43,278 bases of DNA from Candidatus Limnocylindrales bacterium (GCA_035688935.1 DASSMI010000035.1:1-43278), one strand, 5' to 3'. Counted from the stretch's first letter, positions 1 to 10,212 are shown. Numbers and translations: made by a program. The notes: generated by a model from the letters alone, not told the origin.

Positions 1-936
1 GTTCGTCAGGAAGTTCCGGACGACCTGCTCCAGGTACGTCGTCTCGGCCTCGATCAACGGCAGGTTGGGCGAGATCCGGGCGACGAGCTCGCGGTCCGGA
101 TGACGCAGTCGCTCGGCGTCGACGATGTGGCTCACCAGCCGGCCGACGCTGATCGGCTCCGATTCGACCGCCACCCGCCCGCCCTCGGCCCGGGACAGGA
201 CGAGGAGGTCCTCGACGAGGCGGTACAGGCGGTCCGACTCGGCCTCGATGTCGGCGATCGCCTCGCGCCGAGCGTCCGGCGCGAGCCCGTCGCCGCGCTG
301 GCGAAGGACGCGGGCGAGGCCGTAGATCGTCGTGATCGGCGTTCGCAGCTCGTGGCTGATCACACCGATGAACGCCTCGCGGAGCGCGGTGGCTCGCGCC
401 GACTCCGCGTGGTGCGCCGCCAGCTCGAGGTGCCCGCCGAGCACCGCGACGACGCCCTCCAGGAGCTCCACATCGTCCTCGCCGAACGCATGCACCTCGG
501 GCGAATCGACCTCGAGGAGTCCGATCGCCTCCTGGGCCCGGACGATCGGGACGGCGAGCCACGACTGGATGACCTTCGCGGCGCGAGCGCCCCGGATCCG
601 GTCACCGCTGGTCCGCAGGTCGCCCGTCAGGAACGGGCGGCGGCTTTCGATGACACCCCAGCTCCGGCTGGGACCGCGGGCGAGGCGCTGGCCGAGCGCC
701 TCGTCGGCGAAGGGTCCGACCGCCGCCCGGACCACGAGCTCCTCGCCCTCGACGAGCGCGATCGAGCCGCCGGTGAGGCGGACGACGCTCCGCAACCGGG
801 CGAGCGCGGTCTGGAGGATGTGATCGAGGTCGAGCTCGCCGGACGCGGCGGCGGCGATCTCGATGATCAGCCGCGACGTCGCCTCCGAGCGATCGGCCTG
901 GGCGGAAACGTCACGCTCGCGATCGACCGCGTCCAC
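1..936 (-). CDS. Sensor histidine kinase (GAF + HisKA, beginning of HATPase_c); 3' end lies outside the window
   Basis: Absent from the ORF track because it has no stop in the window. Hand translation of the minus strand in the frame of nt 936 gives ...SRLIIEIAAAASGELDLDHILQTALARLRSVVRLTGGSIALVEG... (GAF-like). This is followed by the H-box FIGVISHELRTPITTIYG (His codon 354-352) and ...PLIEAETTYLEQVVRNFLTN at the window edge. Start set to GTG 936-934, the first start codon after the in-frame TGA at 972-970. There is no clear SD, so the start is uncertain. Confidence 0.8.
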   Translation of the reverse strand, partial: MDAVDRERDVSAQADRSEATSRLIIEIAAAASGELDLDHILQTALARLRSVVRLTGGSIALVEGEELVVRAAVGPFADEALGQRLARGPSRSWGVIESRRPFLTGDLRTSGDRIRGARAAKVIQSWLAVPIVRAQEAIGLLEVDSPEVHAFGEDDVELLEGVVAVLGGHLELAAHHAESARATALREAFIGVISHELRTPITTIYGLARVLRQRGDGLAPDARREAIADIEAESDRLYRLVEDLLVLSRAEGGRVAVESEPISVGRLVSHIVDAERLRHPDRELVARISPNLPLIEAETTYLEQVVRNFLTN

Positions 937-969
937 GAGCGGATCGTAGCGCGGTCGTCGTCGCGCGCT

Positions 970-1797
970 TCAGGACGCCGTCGTGCCGGCGCGGGCCGGT
1001 CGGAGCACGAACACGTCGAGCGGGTCGTGGCGCCCCGCGATCTCGACGCGGCGCCGTTCGTCGACGCTCGATGGCCACACGTCGACGGAGGCGAGCACCT
1101 CGCCCGGCCCGGCCAGCGCGCCGAGCCGCGCCGCGACGTTGACGGGATCGCCGAGCGCCGAGAAGTCGAGCCGGTCGCCCGACCCGATGACGCCCACGAA
1201 CGCGGTCCCGCGGTGGACGCCCGCACCGACCCGGACGCCGGACGCCGGCAGCGACGATCGCTCGACCGCGCCGACGAGCGCGACGGCCGCTTCGACGGCG
1301 CGTTCGGCGTGTCGCTCGCCCGCGATCACGGGGATGAACAGGGCCATCACGCCGTCGCCGAGGTACTTGTCGACCGAGCCGCCGTTGTCCTCGATCGCCT
1401 TCGCCGCCAGCAGGTAGAACGCCTGGAGGGCCTCCCGGAACGCGCCCGGCCCGATCGTCTCGGCGATCCCCGTGGAACCGCGGATGTCGGCGAAGACGAT
1501 CGAGACGTCGATCTCCGCGCCGCCCGGGTGATCGGCGAGGTGGCGGAAGCACATCCCGCACATCGCAGGATTCGCCGTCGAGCGTCCGTGCTGGAAGAGC
1601 CGCGTCGCCACGCCGCCGATGCCCTCGAACGGCGCCGCGCAGACCTTGCATCGCGGCCCGTGGGGAACGTGGCGCCACATCCGCCGCATGGAGGCGATGG
1701 AGTGATCGTCGCCGATGAGGCGCGCCCGCCAGGTGTCGGTCTCGGCGGTCCGCTCGACCGGCGCCCAGCCGGACGAGGGTCCTTCGTCCTCGGCCAT
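970..1797 (-). CDS. Class III adenylate/guanylate cyclase with N-terminal CxxC...CxxC zinc-ribbon-like segment
   Basis: 275-aa ORF. The N-terminal part carries CKVC...CGMC. The cyclase homology domain follows: VSIVFADIRGST...DKYLGDGVMALF...VRVGAGVHRGTAFVGVIGS...DFSALGDPVNVAARL. Confidence 0.85.
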   Translation of the reverse strand: MAEDEGPSSGWAPVERTAETDTWRARLIGDDHSIASMRRMWRHVPHGPRCKVCAAPFEGIGGVATRLFQHGRSTANPAMCGMCFRHLADHPGGAEIDVSIVFADIRGSTGIAETIGPGAFREALQAFYLLAAKAIEDNGGSVDKYLGDGVMALFIPVIAGERHAERAVEAAVALVGAVERSSLPASGVRVGAGVHRGTAFVGVIGSGDRLDFSALGDPVNVAARLGALAGPGEVLASVDVWPSSVDERRRVEIAGRHDPLDVFVLRPARAGTTAS

Positions 1798-1851
1798 CGC
1801 GGTCAGGCTACTGCAGGGCCCATCCCCCGCACATGACGTCCGTGGGACGGC

Positions 1852-3207
1852 TCAGAGACGGAGGAGGAGCTTGGCGATCTCGAAGTAGATGATCAGGCCC
1901 GTCCCGTCGACGAGGGTCGTGATCAGCGGCGCGGAGACGACCGCCGGATCGATCCGCAGCCGGCGCAGAACGAGCGGCAGGACGGCGGCGACGATCGCGG
2001 ACCAGACGCAGATCGCCAGGATCGTCACCCCGACGACGAGCGGGACGTTCGATGGGACGCCGAGCAGCTCCGCCCGACCGATCGCGACGACGGCCATGAC
2101 GACGCCGATGACGAGTCCGACCCGCAGCTCCTTCCAGACGACCCAGCCGACGTCGCGCAACGACACCTCGTTGAGGGCCATGGCGCGGACGATCAGGGTG
2201 ACCGTCTGGCTGCCGATGTTGCCGCCGGTGCCGATGAGGAGGGGAATGAAGAAGCTGAGCGTCACCGCCGCCTCCAGCTCGTCCGAGAACGCGCGCAGGA
2301 CCGAGCCGGTGTAGGCCTCGGCGACGAAGAGGAGGAGCAGCCAGCCCACGCGCTTGCGGACGAGCAACGGGACGCTCGACAGCCGGTACGGGACGTTGAG
2401 TGGCTGCGACCCGCCGAGGCGCTCGATGTCCTCGGTCGCCTCCGCCTCGAGCACGTCCGCGACGTCGTCCTGGGTGATGATCCCCAGGAGGTGGTCGTCG
2501 TCGTCCACGACCGGGATCGCGAGGAGGTTGCGCTCGGTCAGGAGGTTGGCGGCCGTCTCGCGGTCGGCCGACGCCCGGACGCGGACCGTCGTCGGGGCGA
2601 TCAGCTCGGTCACCGGGGTCGCGCCCGGGCTGAGCAACAGCCGGTACAGCGAGAGGACGCCGATGAGGTGCCGCTCGGGGTCGACGACGTAGACGTAGTC
2701 GACCGTCTCGGCCTCGCCGACGAGCCCGCGGATCGCCGCGATCGCGCCATCGGCCGTCGCGTCGGAGGCGACCGCGACGAAGTCCGGCGTCATGATCCCG
2801 CCGGCAGAGTCGGGCTCGAACGCCGACAGCGCCCGGATCTCGGCCGCCTCGTCGGGCGGCATCCGGACGAGGATCTGGCTGACCTCGGGCTCGGTCAGCT
2901 CCTCGACAACGTCCGCGGCATCGTCCGGGTCCATGCCGGCGAGCAGGGTCGCGGCCTCCTGCCGGCTCAGCGTTCGGAGGATCGCCGCCGCCTCGTGCGG
3001 GTCGAGCTCCTCGAGGAGCTCGGGGACCTCCTCGTCCGGCAGCCACTGGAGGAGGACGGCGACCTCGCTCGGGTCGAGCCGCGGGACGAGAGCGGCCCAC
3101 TCGGACGGCCCGACCCGCTCGGCGAGACCGGCGACGCCGTCCTGCTCACGCTCGCGGATGAGCTCCTGGATCTCCTCGAGGAGGGCGTCGGTCGCGACGG
3201 ACGGCAT
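1852..3207 (-). CDS. mgtE: Magnesium transporter MgtE
   Basis: 451-aa ORF with the MgtE N-domain (acidic helical repeats LDPSEVAVLLQWLPDEE...). A CBS pair follows (IMTPDFVAVASDAT..., LLAIPVVDDDDHLLGIITQDDV). The C-terminal MgtE membrane domain carries IPLLIGTGGNIGSQ and ITTLVDGTGLIIYF. Confidence 0.93.
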   Translation of the reverse strand: MPSVATDALLEEIQELIREREQDGVAGLAERVGPSEWAALVPRLDPSEVAVLLQWLPDEEVPELLEELDPHEAAAILRTLSRQEAATLLAGMDPDDAADVVEELTEPEVSQILVRMPPDEAAEIRALSAFEPDSAGGIMTPDFVAVASDATADGAIAAIRGLVGEAETVDYVYVVDPERHLIGVLSLYRLLLSPGATPVTELIAPTTVRVRASADRETAANLLTERNLLAIPVVDDDDHLLGIITQDDVADVLEAEATEDIERLGGSQPLNVPYRLSSVPLLVRKRVGWLLLLFVAEAYTGSVLRAFSDELEAAVTLSFFIPLLIGTGGNIGSQTVTLIVRAMALNEVSLRDVGWVVWKELRVGLVIGVVMAVVAIGRAELLGVPSNVPLVVGVTILAICVWSAIVAAVLPLVLRRLRIDPAVVSAPLITTLVDGTGLIIYFEIAKLLLRL

Positions 3208-3260
3208 GGCACGGCTCCGGACGGTGATGTGGAGCGCCTGGGCGGACGCCTGGGAGCGGC

Positions 3261-3300
3261 CGGTACGACGGATGCCCGCGGTCGCGGCGGCATCGTACCG
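3261..3300 (-). terminator. Imperfect GC-rich hairpin in the 136-nt tadG-mgtE spacer (possible U-tract-less terminator or 5'-leader structure)
   Basis: CGGTACGA(cgga)TGCC - 12-nt loop - GGCA TCGTACCG, giving 8 + 4 bp with a 4-nt bulge. There is no T-run on either strand. Function is not established. Confidence 0.25.
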
Positions 3301-3343
3301 CCCGCCGGATCGCGACGCCCCGCCCGTCGACGGCGCGCGCGGC

Positions 3344-4777
3344 CTACTTGATCAGCCCGTAGTCCGGCGGCTTGGCGAACTTCTGGTTGTTGTAGAAGAA
3401 GTGGAAGCTCGAGTTGCCCTGGATCTGCAGGTCCCAGCAGATGAACTGCAGCGTGAGGTCCGTGCCGCCGCCCGAGCCGCCCGAGCCGCCGGTCATGTAG
3501 ACGAGGGCGCCCGGCGCGTACACGGTGCCGCTGATGTTCACGTTGCCGCCGCCGCTGAGGTTGACCTGCGGCTGTGCGTACGTGCTCGACACCGTCGGCG
3601 ACACGCTCTGCCAGAGCAGGAGGTTGTCGTAGTCCGGGAAGTTGAGGCCCGTTCCGTCGTAGGAGTGGTTGTACGGCCGGAGCTTCAACGTCGCGCCGGC
3701 GCCGACGGTGACCTGGCCCATCGCGCCCGAGCCGCTCGCGGTGCCCGTGTTGTAGAAGAGGATGCCGCAGGTCGCTTCGGGGCAGTCCGTCGCCCAGTTC
3801 GCGTCGGTCGTCGAGGTCACCCCGGACGCGACGGAGTAGACGGCGTTCTGCGCGCCGATGTCGAACCCGCCGCCCTGCATGACGTAGATGCCCGGGCGGA
3901 GGTAGGCCTTCACGCTGTTCTTCAGCTGGATTCCGCCCTGGTAGATCCCCGGATCCAGGACCTGGTCGGCGCCGCCGAACACCTGGCGCGTCGTCGCGCG
4001 GACCGGCAGGCTCGACGGCATCGGCGTGAGGCCCGCCAGCGGATCCTTGACGTAGGGCTGGCCGGTCAGCGGGGTCGGCGAGATCGTGAGCGCCGCCGGC
4101 GCATACCCGCCGACGATCTTGAACGTGGCGCCGTTGTTCAGCGTGATCGACGCCGAGTTGCCGTTCGTCGCGAGGCCGCCGCCGTTCGCCGCGGTGCACG
4201 ACGAGTCGATCATCACGGAGCCCTCGAGGATGATCGTCGGGCCGCCCGAGATCAGGCCCGCGGGGCAGCCTCGGCGGCCGTTCGGCCAGCTCGTGTTGCC
4301 GTTGTCCAGGAGGAGGACCGAGTACGGCGGCGGAAGGACGGGCCCGTTCACGGCCTGGCTCGTCGTCCTGACGTCGAACCCGCGGATCCCGACCGCGCCG
4401 CCGAAGAAGGACGGCGAGTGCCCGGCGACGTCGACCTGGACGACGTAGTTGTTCCAGCCGTCCGGGCACGAGACCGTGATCGCGCTCGCCGGCGTCCCCG
4501 GGATCGCCGCCTGGACGGCCGCGATCGCGGCCGCGCTGACCGCGGCACGCGGGCTTCCCGGGGGCGGCCCGGCGGTGGCCGAGCAGCCCTTGAGGCTCTG
4601 GACCAGGTTCGCGGCCTGGAGCGCGGCGGTGTCCGATGCGTTCTGCTGGACCCGCCGCTGGACGAGCGCCTGGGCGCCGTCGAACAGGAGCGAGGCCATC
4701 GCGAAGATCGCGGCAAGCGACAGGACGAACAGGACGATGATCTGGCCACGCTCGGCGCGGCGCGTCGAGACGCCCAT
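3344..4777 (-). CDS. tadG: TadG-like pseudopilin / Flp-pilus assembly protein
   Basis: 477-aa ORF. The N-terminus RGQIIVLFVLSLAAIFAMASLLFDGAQALVQRRVQQNASDTAAL is the TadE/G-type N-terminal helix. The remainder is Gly/Thr/Asn-rich and beta-rich. ATG 4777-4775 shares one nt with the stop of the upstream tadE-like gene (TGATG). Confidence 0.75.
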   Translation of the reverse strand: MGVSTRRAERGQIIVLFVLSLAAIFAMASLLFDGAQALVQRRVQQNASDTAALQAANLVQSLKGCSATAGPPPGSPRAAVSAAAIAAVQAAIPGTPASAITVSCPDGWNNYVVQVDVAGHSPSFFGGAVGIRGFDVRTTSQAVNGPVLPPPYSVLLLDNGNTSWPNGRRGCPAGLISGGPTIILEGSVMIDSSCTAANGGGLATNGNSASITLNNGATFKIVGGYAPAALTISPTPLTGQPYVKDPLAGLTPMPSSLPVRATTRQVFGGADQVLDPGIYQGGIQLKNSVKAYLRPGIYVMQGGGFDIGAQNAVYSVASGVTSTTDANWATDCPEATCGILFYNTGTASGSGAMGQVTVGAGATLKLRPYNHSYDGTGLNFPDYDNLLLWQSVSPTVSSTYAQPQVNLSGGGNVNISGTVYAPGALVYMTGGSGGSGGGTDLTLQFICWDLQIQGNSSFHFFYNNQKFAKPPDYGLIK

Positions 4778-5277
4778 CAGTGGTTCACCACCATCGTGGT
4801 CGTCGTACTGATCCCGAAGCCGCCCAGGCCGAGGATCGACGACGTGAAGAGGTTGATCCGGCTAGTGACGCCGATCGTGATCGGCGTGCCGCGGGCGTTC
4901 GTGGCCCCGGTCGTGTCGGTGTCGCCGCTGCAGCCGGCGCCGTAGCAGACCGTGACCGCCAGGCTCGTGCCGCCGGCCGCAGCCGCGGCCGTGACCGCAT
5001 CCCGGATGGACTGCTTCGACGGCGACGGATAGGGGCAGTCGGTCGAGACCGCGGGGATGTTGGCCGTGTCCGCGGGCGGCCCCACGGGGCACGCCGTCGT
5101 CGCCGACCCGCCATGGACGATCGCGTAGCGACCGGCTTCGCGGGCCGCGGAGGCGAGGCTGTTCTGGGCCCAGATCGCCCGGCCCACGTCGATGACCGCC
5201 ATCAGCATGACGAGGAAGACGGGGAGGACGAGCGAGAACTCGACCAGCGCCTGGCCGCGCGTTCGACGACGTCGCAT
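4777..5277 (-). CDS. tadE: TadE-like protein
   Basis: 166-aa ORF. MRRRRTRGQALVEFSLVLPVFLVMLMAVIDVGRAIW is the canonical TadE N-terminal motif. Confidence 0.8.
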   Translation of the reverse strand: MRRRRTRGQALVEFSLVLPVFLVMLMAVIDVGRAIWAQNSLASAAREAGRYAIVHGGSATTACPVGPPADTANIPAVSTDCPYPSPSKQSIRDAVTAAAAAGGTSLAVTVCYGAGCSGDTDTTGATNARGTPITIGVTSRINLFTSSILGLGGFGISTTTTMVVNH

Positions 5278-5278
5278 C

Positions 5279-5758
5279 TCAGCGGCCCTGGATGATCGAG
5301 TAGGTCTGGGTCGACGACAGCGCCCACGCCCCGTTCTGGGTGAACAGCGGGTAACCGAAGAACGTCCGGAAGGGCAGGGTCGCGGTGACGGTCACCGTGG
5401 CGATCGGGTTCGCCGCCGAGGCGCCGGTCGCGGTGGTGCTCAGGCTGAAGCTCGAGACGCTCACGGCCGGGCTCGAGCAGCTCGTCGGGTTGCCCGGGGG
5501 CGCGGCAAAGCCCGGGAGCGTCGCCGTCTGAGCGCAGATGATGCTCTTCGCGCTCGTCAGCGCCCCCGTCGAGGTCGTGTCCTTGGTCGCGGCGTACTCG
5601 GCCGCGTCGCGGGTCGCTCCCTCGAGCGTGATCCAGCCCTGGTAGAGGCGCGCGATGTCGACCGCGGCGCCCACCATCGTGAGCAGGATCGGCAGGATCA
5701 GCGCGAACTCGACGAGCGATTGGCCCAGGGAGCGTGGGCTGCGGCGAGGGCGGGACAC
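5279..5758 (-). CDS. tadE: TadE-like protein (second copy)
   Basis: C-terminal 159 codons of track ORF 5279..6022: VSRPRRSPRSLGQSLVEFALILPILLTMVGAAVDIARLY. Start chosen as GTG 5758-5756, preceded by GGAGG with a 4-nt spacer. This gives the same N-terminal spacing as the neighbouring TadE. ATG 5800 is an in-frame alternative without an SD. Confidence 0.75.
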   Translation of the reverse strand: MSRPRRSPRSLGQSLVEFALILPILLTMVGAAVDIARLYQGWITLEGATRDAAEYAATKDTTSTGALTSAKSIICAQTATLPGFAAPPGNPTSCSSPAVSVSSFSLSTTATGASAANPIATVTVTATLPFRTFFGYPLFTQNGAWALSSTQTYSIIQGR

Positions 5759-5901
5759 GGTGCCTCCGGTGGGGTCAGGTGATGCCGTCAACGCTCGCAT
5801 CGCGTGGTGCCGGGACGTCGCCACCCGGAAGTCCCCGGGGTCGTGGTACGGAGGTCCGGCGCGTCGGCGCACCGGGTCGGTCCCGCGCGTCGAACCGCCG
5901 G

Positions 5902-6405
5902 TCAGCGGCCCTCGTCGACGGGCGTCGATCGGCCTCGGGCCGCGTCCGTCTCGGTCATCGAGACATCGAGCCAGCCCTTCGCGCCGACGAGCGTCACGCC
6001 GAGCCCGGCGATCAGGAGCCACGGCCCGAGCGTGAGGCCGAGGGCCACCCCGCCGAGGCCGATCGCGATCGCGACCGGGGTCCAGCCCGGCGCCGGCAGG
6101 GGCTCGACATCCCGGACGGCCGCGCGGGCGTCGATCTGCGCCGTCGTCGCGGTCGGCGTTCGCGGGGCGTGCCGTCCCCGGCGTGACCCGAGGACGATCG
6201 CGATCGTCGCGACCGCGGACGCGATCCCGAACGCCTCCAGCATCACCGACCCCGCGGCCTCGTACGTGAGGAACCAGTAGCCGGCGCCGACCAGGATCCC
6301 GAACGCGGCCATCCGGCCGAACACCTGGGCCTCGTAGGGCACGCCCAGGCCTCGCCGGCCGCCCGTCTCGGCGGTGTCGCTGCGCTCGTGCGGCGCCTCG
6401 GTCAC
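5902..6405 (-). CDS. Putative cytochrome c oxidase subunit IV (actinobacterial CtaF-like small membrane subunit)
   Basis: Last 167 codons of track ORF 5902..7986. GTG 6405-6403 overlaps the ctaD stop (GTGA). There are four predicted hydrophobic helices ([68 protein letters not shown]). Position and architecture resemble CtaF, but sequence similarity was not verified. Confidence 0.55.
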   Translation of the reverse strand: MTEAPHERSDTAETGGRRGLGVPYEAQVFGRMAAFGILVGAGYWFLTYEAAGSVMLEAFGIASAVATIAIVLGSRRGRHAPRTPTATTAQIDARAAVRDVEPLPAPGWTPVAIAIGLGGVALGLTLGPWLLIAGLGVTLVGAKGWLDVSMTETDAARGRSTPVDEGR

Positions 6406-8048
6406 CGTGACGCCTCCGGATCGTCGTCGGGGATCACGCCCATCGCGTCGAGGACCGGGCGGGCGCTCCGGATCGGCGGCAGATCGTGGAAGTTGCCCGG
6501 CTCCGGCGGCGACGTGGCCCACCACTCGAGCGTACCGCCGCCCCACGGGTTCGGCGGCTGGTCGGGCACTCGGCGGAGGGCCGCGGCGACCGCCACGAGG
6601 AACGGGATCGTCCCGAGACCGAGGAGGACCGCGCCCACGGTCGACGCGATGTTGAGATCGGTCCAGCCCGCGGCCGACGAGTAGTCGGCGATGCGCCGCG
6701 GCATCCCGAGCAGCCCCAGCTGGTACTGGGGCAGGAACGTCAGCGTGAACCCGACGACCCACAGGGCGAAGTGGACCCGGCCCAGGCCCTCCGACAGCCG
6801 CCGCCCGGTCATCTTGGGGAACCAGTAGTACATCCCCGCGAAGATCGCGAAGACCGACCCGCCGATGAGCGTGTTGTGGAAGTGGGCCACGACGAAGTAC
6901 GTGTCCTGGAGCTGGTAGTCGAGCGGCGGCGACGCGACGATGATCCCGGTGATCCCGCCGAGCAGGAACAGGTAGAGGAAGCCGATCGCCCACAGCATCG
7001 GCGTCTCGAACGTGAGGTGGCCGCGCCACATCGTCCCGATCCAGTTGAAGAACTTCACCCCCGTCGGCACGGCGATCGCGAACGAGGCGATCGAGAAGAA
7101 CGGATTGCTCACCGCACCGGTCGTGAACATGTGGTGGGCCCAGACCGACATCGAGAGGCTCGCGATCGCGATCGTCGCGAAGACGAACGCGCTGTAGCCG
7201 AAGACCGGCTTCCGGCTGAAGACCGAGACGATCTCGGTGATCACCCCGAAGAACGGCAGGATCAGGATGTAGACCTCGGGGTGGCCGAAGAACCAGAAGA
7301 GGTGCTGCCAGAGGATCGCCGAGCCGCCCATCTGGGGCTCGAAGATGGCGCCGCCGAGGTGGCGGTCGATGAAGAGCATCGCGAGGGCTGCCGTCAGGGG
7401 CGGGAACGCGAACAGGATCAGCAGGCCCGTCACGAGGATGTTCCACGTGAAGATCGGCATCCGGAACAGCGTCATTCCAGGCGCCCGCTTGCCGTAGACG
7501 GTCGCCACGAAGTTGATCGCGCCGAGCACGGTCGAGATGCCGGTCAGGAGCAGGCCGACGATCCACAGGTCGACGCCGACGCCGGGCTCGTACGTCGGCC
7601 CGCTCAGCGGCGCGTAGCCGGTCCAGCCGATCGCCGCAGGCCCACCGCCCACGAGGAAGCTGCTCATCACGATGAGCGCGCCGGTCAGGAACACCCAGAA
7701 CGACAGGGCGTTGAGCCGCGGGAAGGCCATGTCGTCGGCGCCGATCTGGAGCGGCATGATCACGTTCCCGAGACCCACGGCCATCGGCGTGCCGAAGAGC
7801 AGCAGCATGATCGTGCCGTGCATCGTGAACAGCTGGTCGTAGCCCTGCTCGCCGACGATCTGGAGCCCTGGGGCCGCGAGCTCGGTCCGCATGACCTCGG
7901 CCATGAGGCCGCCGACGAGGAAGAACGCGAACGCCGAGGTGACGTACAGGATCCCGATGCGCTTGTGATCCACCGTCGTCAGCCACCCGGTCAGGCCGGG
8001 CAGCTCGAGCGGGTGATGGACGGCGACCGGGGTCGTTCGCGTCGTCAT
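6402..8048 (-). CDS. ctaD: Cytochrome c oxidase (aa3-type) subunit I
   Basis: 548 aa from [12 protein letters not shown]... Heme-copper oxidase motifs are present: [41 protein letters not shown] 8048-8046 overlaps the ctaC stop (ATGA). The longer track ORF (to 8762) is an Arg-rich artefact. Confidence 0.95.
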   Translation of the reverse strand: MTTRTTPVAVHHPLELPGLTGWLTTVDHKRIGILYVTSAFAFFLVGGLMAEVMRTELAAPGLQIVGEQGYDQLFTMHGTIMLLLFGTPMAVGLGNVIMPLQIGADDMAFPRLNALSFWVFLTGALIVMSSFLVGGGPAAIGWTGYAPLSGPTYEPGVGVDLWIVGLLLTGISTVLGAINFVATVYGKRAPGMTLFRMPIFTWNILVTGLLILFAFPPLTAALAMLFIDRHLGGAIFEPQMGGSAILWQHLFWFFGHPEVYILILPFFGVITEIVSVFSRKPVFGYSAFVFATIAIASLSMSVWAHHMFTTGAVSNPFFSIASFAIAVPTGVKFFNWIGTMWRGHLTFETPMLWAIGFLYLFLLGGITGIIVASPPLDYQLQDTYFVVAHFHNTLIGGSVFAIFAGMYYWFPKMTGRRLSEGLGRVHFALWVVGFTLTFLPQYQLGLLGMPRRIADYSSAAGWTDLNIASTVGAVLLGLGTIPFLVAVAAALRRVPDQPPNPWGGGTLEWWATSPPEPGNFHDLPPIRSARPVLDAMGVIPDDDPEASR

Positions 8049-8830
8049 GGCGCGGCGCTCGACGCCGCGGAGCTCGACGGGGCGGAGCTCGCCGCGGCCG
8101 AGCCCTTCGGCTGGCTCGCGACCCACGCGTCGAACTCGGCCCGGGAAACGGCCCGCACGCTCAGCAGCATCCGGTCGTGGAACACGCCGCAGAACTCCGC
8201 GCACTGGCCGCGATACGTGGCGGCTTCGCGGATCGTGACGTCGAACGCGTTGACCTGGCCGGGGATCGCGTCGCGCTTGAACAGGAACTGCGGCACGTAG
8301 AAGGAGTGGGCCACGTCGGCGGAGGTCAGGACGATGTGGATCGGCTCGCCGACCGGCACGACCATCTCGGCCGGCGTGTCCGGGCCACCCTCGACGGTCA
8401 CGCCGAGCTCGGGGTAGACGAAGCGCCACTGCCAGCGGTACGCGGTGACCTCGACGGTGACGCCGCCGGCGCCGCGCGCGTCGATCCGTCCGAGCGCCCC
8501 GAGCGTCAGCCAGAACAGGACCGCGACGATCGCGATCGGGATGAGCGTCCAGGCGATCTCCAGTCGCGTGGAGCCGTGGAGCTGCGGCGGCTGCGGGGCG
8601 GCGCCGTCGGGGCCCGCCACGGCGGACCGGCGACCGTATCGGACGATCGACACGGTGATCAGGAGCCAGACCGCTCCGCCGACCACCGCGGCGGCGATGA
8701 GGAACTGCGCCCACAGGTCGCGAACCGCGACGGCCTGGTCCGTCACGGGCGCGGGCATGCACCCGGCCGCGGCGAGGCCGAGGGCTGCGGTGGTCGCGAC
8801 GAGACCGGTTCGACGGCCGTGACGGATCAC
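8045..8830 (-). CDS. ctaC: Cytochrome c oxidase subunit II (CuA), lipoprotein-type signal
   Basis: 261 aa from [24 protein letters not shown] (lipobox LAAAGC). There are two TM helices. CuA ligands are HSFYVP...[15 protein letters not shown] 8830-8828 overlaps the qcrB stop (GTGA). Confidence 0.92.
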   Translation of the reverse strand: MIRHGRRTGLVATTAALGLAAAGCMPAPVTDQAVAVRDLWAQFLIAAAVVGGAVWLLITVSIVRYGRRSAVAGPDGAAPQPPQLHGSTRLEIAWTLIPIAIVAVLFWLTLGALGRIDARGAGGVTVEVTAYRWQWRFVYPELGVTVEGGPDTPAEMVVPVGEPIHIVLTSADVAHSFYVPQFLFKRDAIPGQVNAFDVTIREAATYRGQCAEFCGVFHDRMLLSVRAVSRAEFDAWVASQPKGSAAASSAPSSSAASSAAP

Positions 8831-10212
8831 GGGCGTCCGCCGTCGGAGCTCGCGTCGAGCGCCTGGAGCGGCGTCCGGTCGCGGATCTCGCGCGCCGCCC
8901 GGTCGCGGCAGAGCCGGTACGTCAGGAGCCCGGCAAGGACCGGCACGACGACGACGAGGATCCGGGTCGCGGACGTCAGCTCCTCGAGTCCGACGTGGAG
9001 GAACACCGCGAGGACGTCGTTCCCGCCGGAGACCGTGAGGATGATCAGCATCACGAGCACGCCCACGCCGATCGCGGTCCGGACCGGCGCCTGCCACGGG
9101 TACTGCAGGAGCTGGTGCTCGCGGTCGTCGCGGCTGAACCGCGCCTCGACGAAGGGCCACAGCGCGAAGCCGGTGAAGACGATCCCCGGCAGGACGATCG
9201 CGGGCAGCACGAGGCTGGGCACCGTGATGCCGAGGATCGTGGGCTCCCAGTTGGGCCCCATCCGCAGGGCGCCCTCGAGCCAGCCCAGGTACCAGTCGGG
9301 CTGCGCCGGCGAGCTGACGAGGTACGGCTCGTACGGTCCGTAGACCCAGACGGGGTTGATCTGGACGAGACCGCCGAGGACCGCGAGGACCGCCGCGGTC
9401 AGGAAGAACAGCCCCAGCGAGCGGAACACCTGTCCGGGCCAGAAGTGCCGCCCGACGACGTTCGTCTCGAGCGCCTCGGTGCCTTCGGTGCGGCCCGGGT
9501 ACTGGGTGTGCTTCTGGAACCACAGGATCAGGAGGTGGGTCGAGACCGCGCCGATGATCAGGGCCTGGATCAGGAAGATGTGGAAGACGTACAGCCGTCC
9601 GATCACCTCGACCGGCGGGAACTCACCGCCGAAGATCAGGTAGGCGAGCCACGGTCCGACGAACGGGATCGCCGACGCGACCGAGGCCGTGATCCGGAGG
9701 CCCGTCCCGGACAGGAGGTCGTCCGGCAGCGAGTAGCCGGTGAGGCCCGCGGCGAGCGCGAGGATCAGCAGTCCCACGCCCACGAGCCAGTTGATCTCGC
9801 GCGGCCGACGGAAGGCGCCCGTGAAGAAGATCCGGCAGGCATGCACGACGATCGCCGCGACGAACACCACCGCGGCCCAGTGGTGGATCTGGCGCATGAG
9901 CAGCCCGGCCCGGACCTCGAGCGACAGCCGCATGACCGAATCGAACGCCGCCGAGACCTCGGCGCCGGCGAGCGGCCGGTACGGCCCGTCGTAGGTCACC
10001 GGCCGGGTGTCGGCGGCGAAGAAGAACGTCAGGAACACCCCGGTCAGGACGAGGACGACGTAGCAGAACAGCGCGATCTCGCCGAGCAGGAACGACCAGT
10101 GGTCGGGGAAGACCTTGCGCAGGACCGTCCGCGCGACCCGGGCGAACCCGGTCCGCTCGTCGAGCCAGCCCACGAGGCGATCGAGCTCGGTCGGGCGCTC
10201 GGCCGCGGTCAC
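8827..10212 (-). CDS. qcrB: Cytochrome bc1 complex cytochrome b subunit
   Basis: 461 aa from [22 protein letters not shown]... Cytochrome b features are present: [53 protein letters not shown] 10212-10210 overlaps the qcrA stop (GTGA). Confidence 0.93.
   Translation of the reverse strand: MTAAERPTELDRLVGWLDERTGFARVARTVLRKVFPDHWSFLLGEIALFCYVVLVLTGVFLTFFFAADTRPVTYDGPYRPLAGAEVSAAFDSVMRLSLEVRAGLLMRQIHHWAAVVFVAAIVVHACRIFFTGAFRRPREINWLVGVGLLILALAAGLTGYSLPDDLLSGTGLRITASVASAIPFVGPWLAYLIFGGEFPPVEVIGRLYVFHIFLIQALIIGAVSTHLLILWFQKHTQYPGRTEGTEALETNVVGRHFWPGQVFRSLGLFFLTAAVLAVLGGLVQINPVWVYGPYEPYLVSSPAQPDWYLGWLEGALRMGPNWEPTILGITVPSLVLPAIVLPGIVFTGFALWPFVEARFSRDDREHQLLQYPWQAPVRTAIGVGVLVMLIILTVSGGNDVLAVFLHVGLEELTSATRILVVVVPVLAGLLTYRLCRDRAAREIRDRTPLQALDASSDGGRP

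Noticed and set aside
970-972. In-frame TGA between the cyclase and kinase as a selenocysteine or programmed read-through site.
   Set aside because: No SECIS-like hairpin is evident immediately downstream. The cyclase-then-GAF-kinase fusion is not an architecture I recognise. Same-frame adjacency happens by chance one time in three.
100-1836. 578-aa plus-strand ORF spanning the kinase and cyclase region, together with other overlapping ORFs there (125..325, 332..823, 911..1678, 983..1417).
   Set aside because: The composition is Arg/Asp/Gly/Pro-dominated, typical of out-of-frame or antisense reading of GC-rich DNA. It lies antisense to two genes with unambiguous H-box and cyclase motifs.
3208-3343. 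Possible M-box (Mg2+) riboswitch in the leader of mgtE.
   Set aside because: The spacer is only 136 nt. I cannot recognise the conserved M-box core sequences in it, only a generic GC hairpin. A covariance-model scan (Rfam RF00380) would be needed to settle it.
2792-4945. 717-aa plus-strand ORF, and the 1808..3100, 2491..3351 and 2967..4469 ORFs over the mgtE/tadG region.
   Set aside because: These are low-complexity Arg/Ser/Ala-rich translations with no motifs. They overlap the clearly recognisable MgtE and TadG-like genes on the other strand or in another frame.
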